IMG/VR virus record: IMGVR_UViG_3300045988_020338
Span: 1-42,491 of that record
Strand: one strand, 5' to 3'
Source: a virus
DNA: 42,491 nt
Shown: piece by piece, positions 26,116 to 33,145 of the stretch
How positions within the stretch are numbered: position 1 is the stretch's first letter
How the letters are laid out: every line of letters starts with the position of its first letter
Notes under the pieces: model-generated
What the model was told of the DNA's origin: nothing
The model's input: only the letters and a program-made list of their open reading frames with translations
Databases searched by the model: none
Program-made: the position numbers and the translations under genes

Positions 26116-26126
26116 AGACTACTCCC

Positions 26127-26537
26127 TTAAAACGGCAGCTCGCCGTCGTCCTCGCTGACCTCTGCAAAGCCGCCTGCGGCGCTCTCTACGGCGTATTGCG
26201 GCGCGGCGGTGTTGTTATCCTCCGAGCGCCTGTTGTCTGCGAAATACACGTTGTCAGCCTGCACCTCGTAGCTCCTGCGCTTGTTGCCGTTCTTGTCCGT
26301 CCAGTCGCGCATCTGTAAGCGCCCCTCGACGGCGATCAACCGCCCGCGTCCGGCGTAGTTGCAGAGCACTTCTGCCGTGCCGCGCCATGCGACAACATCG
26401 ATCCAGTCCGTGCCGCCCTCTTTGCCGTTGCGATCAACGGCAAGAGGGAACGACACAACGGATACGCCGCTGTTCGTCTTTTTCAGCTCCAAGTCACGCC
26501 CGATGCGGCCCATCAGGCACACGCGATTCATGCTCAC
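26127..26537 (-). CDS. ssb: Single-stranded DNA-binding protein
   Basis: 136 aa. OB-fold N-terminus (NRVCLMGRIGRDLELKKTNSGVSVVSFPLAV) and acidic tail DDGELPF. Confidence 0.9.
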   Translation of the reverse strand: MSMNRVCLMGRIGRDLELKKTNSGVSVVSFPLAVDRNGKEGGTDWIDVVAWRGTAEVLCNYAGRGRLIAVEGRLQMRDWTDKNGNKRRSYEVQADNVYFADNRRSEDNNTAAPQYAVESAAGGFAEVSEDDGELPF

Positions 26538-27352
26538 TGTGCGTCACCGTCGCTTTCGATGACCTCACCGGTCGTCTCGTCCACGGTGAAGTTCTCCGTC
26601 TCGATGACCGTGTCATCGCTCACGGAATACATGTCCTCGCTGATCTTCGTTTTGATGGTCTCGTCCTGCGCCACCGCGCGCACAAAGTCGCTCTTGAGCG
26701 GCGCATACTTGAGCACGCGCTTGAGCACGGTTTTCTTCGCCATCTCCTCGAAGTTCGTTTGCCACGGTCCGTTGCTGTAGGCCTTGGAAAAGCGCTTCGC
26801 GTGGTTACGAACATCCTCAACGCTCATCACGTCGTAGCCAAAGCCGCCGTCTTTCGTGCGGAACATTGCGTAGATGAATTTCGGCTCGCCGCGCTCGCCG
26901 CAGGCGGGCTTGTGGTTGAGTTTCGGCTCAAGGCCGAAGGAATATTCAAACTCGTCATTCTCGTAAACGACCTGCGCCTGAATGATGCTGACCTCACCGC
27001 TGCGGTACGCAAGGTCAATGAGCCCCTTGTACCCCAGTTGGAATTGGCATTCCAGCTGACCGTGGTTGCGATACGGAATCAGGTACGCCTGCCCAAGCGG
27101 CGTGTTCGGCTCCATGCCGAGCTGTGCTGCCGTCATCATCGCGCCGAGGAAACTTTGCGGCGTGGTCTGCGCAAGCTGCTTGTTTGCGCTCAACGCGGAA
27201 AGCGTGATGCGCGTGAAACGCTCCGGCGTGATGACGCTCGGAAGGGCCTTAGCGATCTCGCCCTCCATCTGCTTGATGTACTGCTGCATCGTGGGGTTGC
27301 CTTTCTTTGCGGCCTGCGCGCCCTGCGCGTTCTGAATCAATCCTTCCTTCAT
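26534..27352 (-). CDS. recT: RecT-family single-strand annealing recombinase
   Basis: 272 aa. ...FLGAMMTAAQLGMEPNTPLGQAYLIPYRNHGQLECQFQLGYKGLIDLAYRSGEV... Confidence 0.9.
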   Translation of the reverse strand: MKEGLIQNAQGAQAAKKGNPTMQQYIKQMEGEIAKALPSVITPERFTRITLSALSANKQLAQTTPQSFLGAMMTAAQLGMEPNTPLGQAYLIPYRNHGQLECQFQLGYKGLIDLAYRSGEVSIIQAQVVYENDEFEYSFGLEPKLNHKPACGERGEPKFIYAMFRTKDGGFGYDVMSVEDVRNHAKRFSKAYSNGPWQTNFEEMAKKTVLKRVLKYAPLKSDFVRAVAQDETIKTKISEDMYSVSDDTVIETENFTVDETTGEVIESDGDAQ

Positions 27353-28335
27353 CTTTCTTTGTCCTCCTTCACCGCAAATTTGCGGAAATTTGTCGTTTTG
27401 TAGTAGCCGCTCAAGTCCACCTCGGGGTGATCCTTGGCAAACGCCTTTGCGTCAAAGGTCTGCCGCGACTGCCCTTTCCAGTCGACCGTGTATTTCCCGC
27501 AGTAGCCGCGCTCGTTGTCGCCGAGGTCGGTCATCAACTGCTGCTTGATGGCGTCCGCGTCCTTCTCGATGGCCTTTTTGCGGCTCATCAGGTATTGATA
27601 CTGCTCGATCAGGCTTTCGCGTCCGAATAGCTCAACTTCTCCGCCGCCGCCCTCGTAGATGCTTTCAAGCGCCTCAGTCGTGCTCGCGTCGCCGTCCATC
27701 GGCGGCGGGCTGTCAGCCTCCACGTAGTCGTGCCAGAAGTCCGCGGCGCAGCGTTTCAGCGCCTCGATCTCATCCGGGCTGACATACACGCTGCTCTCGC
27801 ACCATTCCGGCACGTCATCGTCGGGGACGGTCGTGATCTGGTAACAATAGAACCCCTTGCCCAGCACCAGCGCCGCCAAATACCAGCGCTGCCAGCCGGT
27901 CACGGCAAGATACGTCACGCACTGTGCGTAATAGCTCGCGGGGAACTCACCGCCCGCGTAGCGCTTCATGTTCAGTGCGTTCGCGGTCTTGCATTCAAGG
28001 CCCGCGTCTCGCCCGATGACCCTGCGGTCGATGTTCGCGTGCAGGCACGGGCAGTCCCAATTGCGCAGGATGTAATTCATCCGGCGCACCGGCATGCGGC
28101 TCGCTTCTTCAAAGCGGCTCGCGACGTACTGCTCGAGGTCTCTCCCGATTCGCATCGCCTCGTTTTCCGGCTCTTCGCCGATCCTGCCGGTCTTCTCCGC
28201 CCATACGACCCACGGCGAGCGGTATTTGTTCATCCCCAGCACCGCGCCCATGTCGCTGCCGCCGAGGCTCTTCTTGCGCTCTTTAAGCCACTCCTCGCGG
28301 CTCATCCCGAGCGTCGATATCTTCTGCATCTTCAT
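27349..28335 (-). CDS. YqaJ-type (lambda Exo-like) exonuclease
   Basis: 328 aa. SREEWLKERKKSLGGSDMGAVLGMNKYRSPWVVWAEKTG is the YqaJ signature. Paired with recT by a 4-nt overlap. Confidence 0.85.
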   Translation of the reverse strand: MKMQKISTLGMSREEWLKERKKSLGGSDMGAVLGMNKYRSPWVVWAEKTGRIGEEPENEAMRIGRDLEQYVASRFEEASRMPVRRMNYILRNWDCPCLHANIDRRVIGRDAGLECKTANALNMKRYAGGEFPASYYAQCVTYLAVTGWQRWYLAALVLGKGFYCYQITTVPDDDVPEWCESSVYVSPDEIEALKRCAADFWHDYVEADSPPPMDGDASTTEALESIYEGGGGEVELFGRESLIEQYQYLMSRKKAIEKDADAIKQQLMTDLGDNERGYCGKYTVDWKGQSRQTFDAKAFAKDHPEVDLSGYYKTTNFRKFAVKEDKER

Positions 28336-28501
28336 CTTCTTCTCCCCTGTAAGTTTCGAAATAGGCTTCCTCCGCGCCGCAGTCCGGGCAGAACTTTTCC
28401 GTCACGAAGACATAGCCACGCTCTCCGTCGAGATTTTCGCGCCGCCGCATAACGTCCGGCTCGTCGAAAATGAGGTGGCAGCAGGTGCAGCGGTAGATCA
28501 T
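28283..28501 (-). CDS. Zinc-ribbon small acidic protein
   Basis: 72 aa. CTCCH...CPDCG pairs, acidic C-terminus. Confidence 0.55.
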   Translation of the reverse strand: MIYRCTCCHLIFDEPDVMRRRENLDGERGYVFVTEKFCPDCGAEEAYFETYRGEEDEDAEDIDARDEPRGVA

Positions 28502-29031
28502 TCCTCCACCTCCAAATACGCCATTGCGCTCTGCACGCCGAAGATGCGCGCCGCCTGATGGCTGTTAAAAAACACGTCGATGTGGTTTCCGTTGACACCG
28601 CCGCCGCAATCCTCGGCGATATAGCTGTGCTGCGTGCCGTCCGGCCAGATGAGCAGGACGCGCGTCCCGTAAGGGATCACCTTGGGGTCGACTGCGATCG
28701 TGCGGCCCTCGGTTGCCAGCGTGCCGGTCGCGGTGTAGCCGCTTGCCCACTTTCCGCAGCAGCATCGCCCGGGGCAATAGGCCGTCAGCGTAAACTCGCT
28801 GAGAAACACGTCGTTGCACATGGCGCTCTCCGTCGCGGGCTTGTCCCACGCGGGATCATACTCCTCAACGACTACCGAGGATTCCTCGGGACTTGCTTCG
28901 ACCGCCTGCGCGCTGGTGGCGAGGATTGAGATCACGATCAAAAGGATCGTCGCGCCCAGGCACACCGCCGCGAACAGCGCCGATTCATCGGCTTTGCGCT
29001 GCTCTCTCGTGCGCTTGTCGTGCCATCTCAT
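28498..29031 (-). CDS. Membrane-anchored 3D-domain protein (MltA/RlpA-like wall hydrolase fold)
   Basis: 177 aa. TM helix (LFAAVCLGATILLIVISILA), then FTLTAYCPGRCCCGKWASGYTATGTLATEGRTIAVDPKVIPYGTRV...YIAEDCGGGVNGNHIDVFF, which is the 3D-domain signature. Confidence 0.75.
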   Translation of the reverse strand: MRWHDKRTREQRKADESALFAAVCLGATILLIVISILATSAQAVEASPEESSVVVEEYDPAWDKPATESAMCNDVFLSEFTLTAYCPGRCCCGKWASGYTATGTLATEGRTIAVDPKVIPYGTRVLLIWPDGTQHSYIAEDCGGGVNGNHIDVFFNSHQAARIFGVQSAMAYLEVEE

Positions 29032-29855
29032 CGCGTCACCTCTTCCATCGTGATTTGTGTGGGCTTTTCAAACAGCGGGGCAAGCATTTGTTCCTGCGCT
29101 GCCCTGTAGAAATTCTTGTCGATCTCAAATCCGTAAGCATTGCGGCCCAGCTCATACGCCGCGCGAAGTGTGGTCGCGCTTCCCGCACATGGGTCGATTA
29201 CAACATCGCTGGGGTCGGTAAAAACCTCAATCAATCGTTTCAACACGTTCACCGGCTTCTGCGTGGGGTGGATTTTTGGAATGTCCTTCCCGTCGCGCTC
29301 CCACTTCTGCCAGTCAAAAACCATCTTTCCCGTGCCACGAATTGGTTTCCCATCTTCGCCGATCTCGCGCCCGTTGTTGAATTTCGGCAGCTTGTCGCGG
29401 TAAAGAACCACCGCGAACTCCGTCGCGCTTACCACTCGCATGTTGGCTTTAAGCACCTGCGCGGAATAGTTTTTGCAGAAAAACATCGGGTAGCTGTTCT
29501 TAAATCCGTACCGCTTGCCGTACTCCACGACGGTCTGCATCTGGTCAAACGCGCAGAAAACAAGCATTGCCGGGGCTTGCCCTTTCTCTTTCGGCTCTTT
29601 CTTCAAAAGGCGGTTGCAGAAGTGCATATATTCTGCAATCTTGAAATAGCCATCGGAATTGAAGAAACTTCTCTTTGCCTTTTTGCTCTCGCCGTTTTTG
29701 TTGTCGCCGCCGATGTACCACGTCGGATTGCTTCCGTAAGCGTCAGCGCCGATGTTGTAGGGAATGTCCGCGATCACGAGCTGCGCCTTTGGGATTCCGT
29801 ATTTCTTAAAATTCTGGAAATTGTCATGGTACAGCTCGCATTTCATCGTCTGCAC
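29028..29855 (-). CDS. DNA methyltransferase (N6-adenine/N4-cytosine, beta class; no cognate nuclease seen)
   Basis: 275 aa. Motif IV LVIADIPYNIG is near the N-terminus and motif I VIDPCAGSATTLRAAYELGRNAYGFEID near the C-terminus. Confidence 0.85.
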   Translation of the reverse strand: MQTMKCELYHDNFQNFKKYGIPKAQLVIADIPYNIGADAYGSNPTWYIGGDNKNGESKKAKRSFFNSDGYFKIAEYMHFCNRLLKKEPKEKGQAPAMLVFCAFDQMQTVVEYGKRYGFKNSYPMFFCKNYSAQVLKANMRVVSATEFAVVLYRDKLPKFNNGREIGEDGKPIRGTGKMVFDWQKWERDGKDIPKIHPTQKPVNVLKRLIEVFTDPSDVVIDPCAGSATTLRAAYELGRNAYGFEIDKNFYRAAQEQMLAPLFEKPTQITMEEVTR

Positions 29856-29998
29856 CCCCTGTCGATATACGGCAGCAGCTCATACAGCACCTTGCACGCC
29901 GCGCACGCGCCGATGACGGCGAGGCTCGTGGCGAAGTCGCAGCCGTTGAGCGCGATCACCGCAGCGGCGATGCCGCCGAAAAACAACGTGTCAGCCAT
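29843..29998 (-). CDS. Small membrane protein (51 aa)
   Basis: Trimmed to ATG 29998 (ATGGCTGA overlap with the upstream mini-ORF). MADTLFFGGIAAAVIALNGCDFATSLAVIGACAACKVLY is hydrophobic. Confidence 0.45.
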   Translation of the reverse strand: MADTLFFGGIAAAVIALNGCDFATSLAVIGACAACKVLYELLPYIDRGCRR

Positions 29999-30143
29999 GC
30001 TTTTCTCCCTTCTTCTCGTTCGGCACAAAACCGACAAACTCAAGGCCGCGACCGCGTGCGTAAATCTCGCCCATGATCGTCCCCAGCTTTACAGGGTCAG
30101 GGGGCGTGACCCAGATAATCTTGTACTCCGGCTTTTTTCTCAT
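29991..30143 (-). CDS. Small hypothetical protein (50 aa)
   Basis: Not in the ORF track. ATG 30143 is preceded by GGAAGAAAGGAAAAGGCA. Hand translation: MRKKPEYKIIWVTPPDPVKLGTIMGEIYARGRGLEFVGFVPNEKKGEKHG*. Confidence 0.4.
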   Translation of the reverse strand: MRKKPEYKIIWVTPPDPVKLGTIMGEIYARGRGLEFVGFVPNEKKGEKHG

Positions 30144-30177
30144 TGCCTTTTCCTTTCTTCCGTGCTACAATAAGCAC

Positions 30178-30250
30178 GGACACAATATCTTGTGGTGAGA
30201 TTTGTCCCACCCGCCCCGCTCGATGCTGCAACATTGGGCGGGGCATTTTT
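30178..30250 (+). ncRNA. Candidate ~70-nt antisense sRNA (OOP-like) with its own promoter and terminator
   Basis: Plus-strand TTGCCT (30143-30148), 17-nt spacer, TACAAT (30166-30171). Downstream, a 7-bp all-GC stem (30210-30216 / 30236-30242) is followed by GCATTTTT (30243-30250). There is no plus-strand gene here, so the transcript would be antisense to the early operon. Confidence 0.3.
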
Positions 30251-30299
30251 ACGCTTTGCGTTGCGAATCGGTCCCATGCCACAGCGTAGCATCGAAACT

Positions 30300-30735
30300 C
30301 CACACAATTCCGCTGCATCCCTTCGCTGAACTATTCCGCTGCGTTGCTATGCCTTGCTTTGCCTTGCTATGCCATCGCTAGTCACTGCTTTTCGCTGCTT
30401 TTCGCTGCCATGCCGCTGCTTATCTAGTCGGGGCGGCTCTATTCCATAGCTGTGCAAGTCTAAGCATTTCCACCGCTTATCGTGTCATTGCCATGCCGCT
30501 GCGAAACCCCACCTTGCTAAACCATTGCGTTGCCCTCCAATGCTGTACAGCTCACATCATTGCTGTGCCAATGCGCCGTTGCCATGCCCTGCCACGCCCG
30601 GCTAAGCGCTTCCATTGCTGTTCGGTTCCGCGCCTCGCGTATCCTTTGCTGTGCCGGTCTCGTCATTGCTACGCAGGTCCCTTCCATTGCAACACGTTAC
30701 CAAGCTAAGCTTTACCATCGCAATGCTGTGCTACG
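30300..30735. repeat. Degenerate short-repeat (iteron-like) field in a ~620-nt non-coding gap
   Basis: - CATTGC occurs exactly at 30486, 30523, 30568, 30613, 30664 and 30685, each within YCATTGCNNTGCC-like 13-mers.
- CTGCTTTTCG is in tandem at 30385-30404.
- GCCATGCCGCTGC occurs at 30407 and 30490.
- ATTCCGCTGC occurs at 30307 and 30333.
- The plus strand is A-poor. Confidence 0.8.
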
Positions 30736-30765
30736 CTTCGCACTGCAAAGCAATTCCTTCGCGTG

Positions 30766-31359
30766 TTACTCGATTTCCTCCCAGCGGAATCTGCCTTTCC
30801 CACTGTTTCGCCACTGGCCAATGCCGGAGAATCTACCGTAATCCAGCCAGTCGCGCACAACGTCGATGTGGTCGTCGCACAGGCAGACCACCGTAAATTC
30901 GCACGTTGCCCCGGCGGGGATTTCCTCGCTCATTGCAAGGCTGACGCGCTCGCCCTGCGCCGTTTGCGCTCTCAGCGGGCGCTGGCACTCCTTGATCTCG
31001 CCGTCAAAGAGAATTGGAATGGTGCGCGGCTCGGGGAAAATCAGCTTGTCGATTTCCTTCTTGTAAGCCTTGATTTTGCTGCTGGACGAATCCTTGACCT
31101 TGCGAAGCCCGCCGCAGGTGTCCTTGAAAAAGCCCTTGATCTGGTAGTCGTACAAAAACGGCGTGCCATCGTCCAAACGCGGAAAAATGGTCATGGACTT
31201 CTCGGCTACCGCGTCAGCGCCGAGCGCTGCCACCTCGTCCTCCACGCTCGCCGCATCCGGCGCGTGGCTGCCGATAAACTCGCGGTAGATATCAGGGTTT
31301 GCGGGGCTGGTACCGAGAATCGGCTCGATAAACGTTAATTTAACTTTAAGTTCTTTCAT
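30766..31359 (-). CDS. Hypothetical early protein with C-terminal glycine-rich loop
   Basis: 197 aa, second gene of the early operon. No family recognised. The C-terminus is GRFSGIGQWRNSGKGRFRWEEIE. Confidence 0.7.
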   Translation of the reverse strand: MKELKVKLTFIEPILGTSPANPDIYREFIGSHAPDAASVEDEVAALGADAVAEKSMTIFPRLDDGTPFLYDYQIKGFFKDTCGGLRKVKDSSSSKIKAYKKEIDKLIFPEPRTIPILFDGEIKECQRPLRAQTAQGERVSLAMSEEIPAGATCEFTVVCLCDDHIDVVRDWLDYGRFSGIGQWRNSGKGRFRWEEIE

Positions 31360-31382
31360 CTTTCATTTCCTCCTGTTGTGTG

Positions 31383-31622
31383 TTAGTTCTCTTCGTTGGG
31401 CCTCATTGCCTTTTCTACTCTTGCAGCCTGTACGGCTTCCGATGCTTCTCGAATCTCCGCTTCGGTCACGCCATATAAGCGGGTCAGCGGTCTAATGTAC
31501 TTGCTTGCGATACCATTCACACCGCGTTCCCAGTTCGACACCGCAGAAACTCTTACACGGAGTTTCTTTGCTACGTCTTCCTGACGCAAACCGGCGTTCT
31601 CTCGGATTGCCTTTAATTCCAA
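31383..31622 (-). CDS. Cro-like XRE-family HTH regulator (first early gene)
   Basis: 79 aa. TTG start with AAGGAGGGG upstream. LRQEDVAKKLRVRVSAVSNWERGVNGIASKYIRPLTRLYGV is an HTH_3-type motif. Confidence 0.8.
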   Translation of the reverse strand: MELKAIRENAGLRQEDVAKKLRVRVSAVSNWERGVNGIASKYIRPLTRLYGVTEAEIREASEAVQAARVEKAMRPNEEN

Positions 31623-31637
31623 GCGTTCTCCCCTCCT

Positions 31638-31658
31638 TATAAAGTTCAGAACTTTATA
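31638..31658. promoter_or_regulatory. 21-bp perfect palindrome (operator candidate)
   Basis: TATAAAGTTC-A-GAACTTTATA. It abuts the -35 of the plus-strand promoter and lies just upstream of the cro RBS. A related half-site, TAATTAAGTTC, is at 31766-31776. Confidence 0.6.
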
Positions 31659-31687
31659 TTGACAAACGCAACCAACGCCGCTATTAT
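31659..31687 (+). promoter_or_regulatory. Rightward (lysogeny-side) sigma-A-type promoter
   Basis: TTGACA (31659-31664), 17-nt spacer, TATTAT (31682-31687). Confidence 0.6.
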
Positions 31688-31785
31688 GTAAGTGTCAGCC
31701 AACAAAATATCGGTTATAAGTCCGCAAAACGGGAAATCCGTTGGGGGCTTGGGTTTTTGTTGCCTTAATTAAGTTCTGTAAGACT

Positions 31786-31839
31786 ATTATAGCCGATGTT
31801 TCATCGGCTGTCAATCGGTTATCCGGCGAAACATCGGAT
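31786..31839 (-). promoter_or_regulatory. Leftward early promoter with perfect consensus and embedded operators
   Basis: On the minus strand: TTGACA (31814-31809), 17-nt spacer, TATAAT (31791-31786). The entire spacer is the palindrome GCCGATG-AAA-CATCGGC (31792-31808). A second imperfect palindrome, ATCCG-N9-CGGAT, which contains GAAACATCGG, is at 31821-31839. Confidence 0.7.
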
Positions 31840-31886
31840 TTTACGCTTTGCACAATTTTTTCTTTCTCCTTTGTGAGGGTTTGTCA

Positions 31887-32699
31887 ATGGCGCTATTTGA
31901 TAAGCAAATAAAAAAATACGTCGAAGAAAACTTTTCTGAAAAAGAAAAAGCACTCGCAGAAACCGAGCGCTCTGTCCAGCGGCATTTTGCTAAAAGCCGC
32001 GAATATAGAATTATGCTGCAAGATTATCAGAAGGAATTGCGTGAGCGTGATAGAGCCATTTCTGAAAAAGAAGCCAAACTATCTAAACGCAAAGAGGATT
32101 TGGACGAATTCGAATCCACATTAAAGGCGCGAGTAAAAGAAGATGTTGTGCGAGAGGCCAAAGAAGAAAAAGCTACGTTAAAAGCGGATTCTATAAAGCT
32201 GCAAGAGGAAATAAAATCCTTATCGGCGAAAAAAGCCGGCCTTATGGCTGCGGAATACAAAATTATAGACTGGGTCTCTCGGATGGAGAAAAAAGAAAGC
32301 GAAGTATTCGACGAAATACTTGCCGACGCAAACAAATTCCAAAAGTTCAAACTGTCTATTGATGGGTATGAGTTTGAAAGCTACGTTGCCGATCTGCTTA
32401 TAAAAAACGGCTATGAGAAGGTCGAGGTAACAAAAAAGTCGCAGGATTTCGGAGCAGATATTCTTGCCGAGAAAACAGATGTGCGATATGCGTTTCAATG
32501 CAAATACTACTCAGGACAAGTTGGAATTGAAGCGGTGCAGCAAATTTACGCAGCAAAAGAGCATTACGATTCTCATGTTGCAGTTGTCGTTACAAACAGC
32601 GTGTATACAAAAGCCGCTAAGATTTTGGCAGAAGAATTAAACGTAGTCCTGTGGGACTGCGAAGACCTCACGGTTTTGTCACAAAACAAGGATATGTAA
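31887..32699 (+). CDS. Coiled-coil protein with C-terminal Mrr-cat-type (PD-(D/E)xK) restriction endonuclease domain
   Basis: Trimmed to ATG 31887 (GAGGG upstream). 270 aa. The N-terminal ~150 aa are a Lys/Glu heptad-rich coiled coil. The C-terminus is GYEFESYVADLLIKNGYEKVEVTKKSQDFGADILAEK...YAFQCKYYSGQVGIEAVQQIY...VAVVVTNSVYTKAAKILAEELNVVLWDCEDL. Confidence 0.75.
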   Translation: MALFDKQIKKYVEENFSEKEKALAETERSVQRHFAKSREYRIMLQDYQKELRERDRAISEKEAKLSKRKEDLDEFESTLKARVKEDVVREAKEEKATLKADSIKLQEEIKSLSAKKAGLMAAEYKIIDWVSRMEKKESEVFDEILADANKFQKFKLSIDGYEFESYVADLLIKNGYEKVEVTKKSQDFGADILAEKTDVRYAFQCKYYSGQVGIEAVQQIYAAKEHYDSHVAVVVTNSVYTKAAKILAEELNVVLWDCEDLTVLSQNKDM

Positions 32700-32701
32700 T
32701 T

Positions 32702-33145
32702 ATGCCTAAGAAATTAGATAGTGTAAGCCTTAACACAAGCTGCGTAAATTTAATTGTAAATTACTGTGAAAAAGCGGATATAAGCGAAGCGGCGTTTTCG
32801 AGAAAATTCAAGAAAAATAACGGTTGGGTAACTGACTTACGCAGAAGCAAAAATTTGAATTTGCCGTCAAAAGAACTTGCTGTGCAAATGTGCTTGACGC
32901 TCAACGTCTCCCCCGATGACATCCTCTTGCACGAGGGGAAGACCCCGGAAGAAACCGCCAAGTGCTTAGAGGATATCGAGACGGTGCGGAAACTGGTCGA
33001 GGCCGAGAGCGCAAAAAAAGCCCCCGCCACAGAGGGCGAGGGCGAAAAGGACGCGCTTATTAAAGCTGTCAGGGAAATAACCGATAAAGATACGGCGCTG
33101 GCTGTTTTCGATGAGCTTAGTAAAAAAATGCGGGAGCTAATGTAA
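32702..33145 (+). CDS. XRE-like HTH protein (CI-type repressor candidate)
   Basis: Trimmed to ATG 32702 (TAATTATG junction, AAGGA upstream). 147 aa. ADISEAAFSRKFKKNNGWVTDLRRSKNLNLPSKELAVQMCLTLNVSPDDILL is HTH_3-like. The C-terminus is charged and helical. Confidence 0.6.
   Translation: MPKKLDSVSLNTSCVNLIVNYCEKADISEAAFSRKFKKNNGWVTDLRRSKNLNLPSKELAVQMCLTLNVSPDDILLHEGKTPEETAKCLEDIETVRKLVEAESAKKAPATEGEGEKDALIKAVREITDKDTALAVFDELSKKMRELM

Noticed and set aside
30097-30318. 73-aa minus-strand ORF.
   Set aside because: It has no RBS and would span hairpins and the promoter/terminator elements. The better-supported 50-aa mini-ORF (29991..30143) lies in a different frame.
30300-30735. Possible CRISPR array or solitary CRISPR-repeat mimic.
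   Set aside because: The repeats are only 10-13 nt, degenerate and irregularly spaced (21-51 nt). There are no uniform spacers and no cas genes or leader.
30493-30896. Three overlapping plus-strand ORFs in all three frames (30493..30708, 30530..30841, 30615..30896).
   Set aside because: The plus strand here is almost A-free, so stop codons are rare in every frame. The products are Cys/Leu/Pro/Arg-rich with no RBS, and they run into the minus-strand gene 30766..31359.
31727-31760. Small hairpin AACGG-GAAAT-CCGTT followed by a T5 run, as a leader terminator for the rightward promoter.
   Set aside because: The stem is only 5 bp, and 12 nt separate it from the T-run. That is too weak to call.
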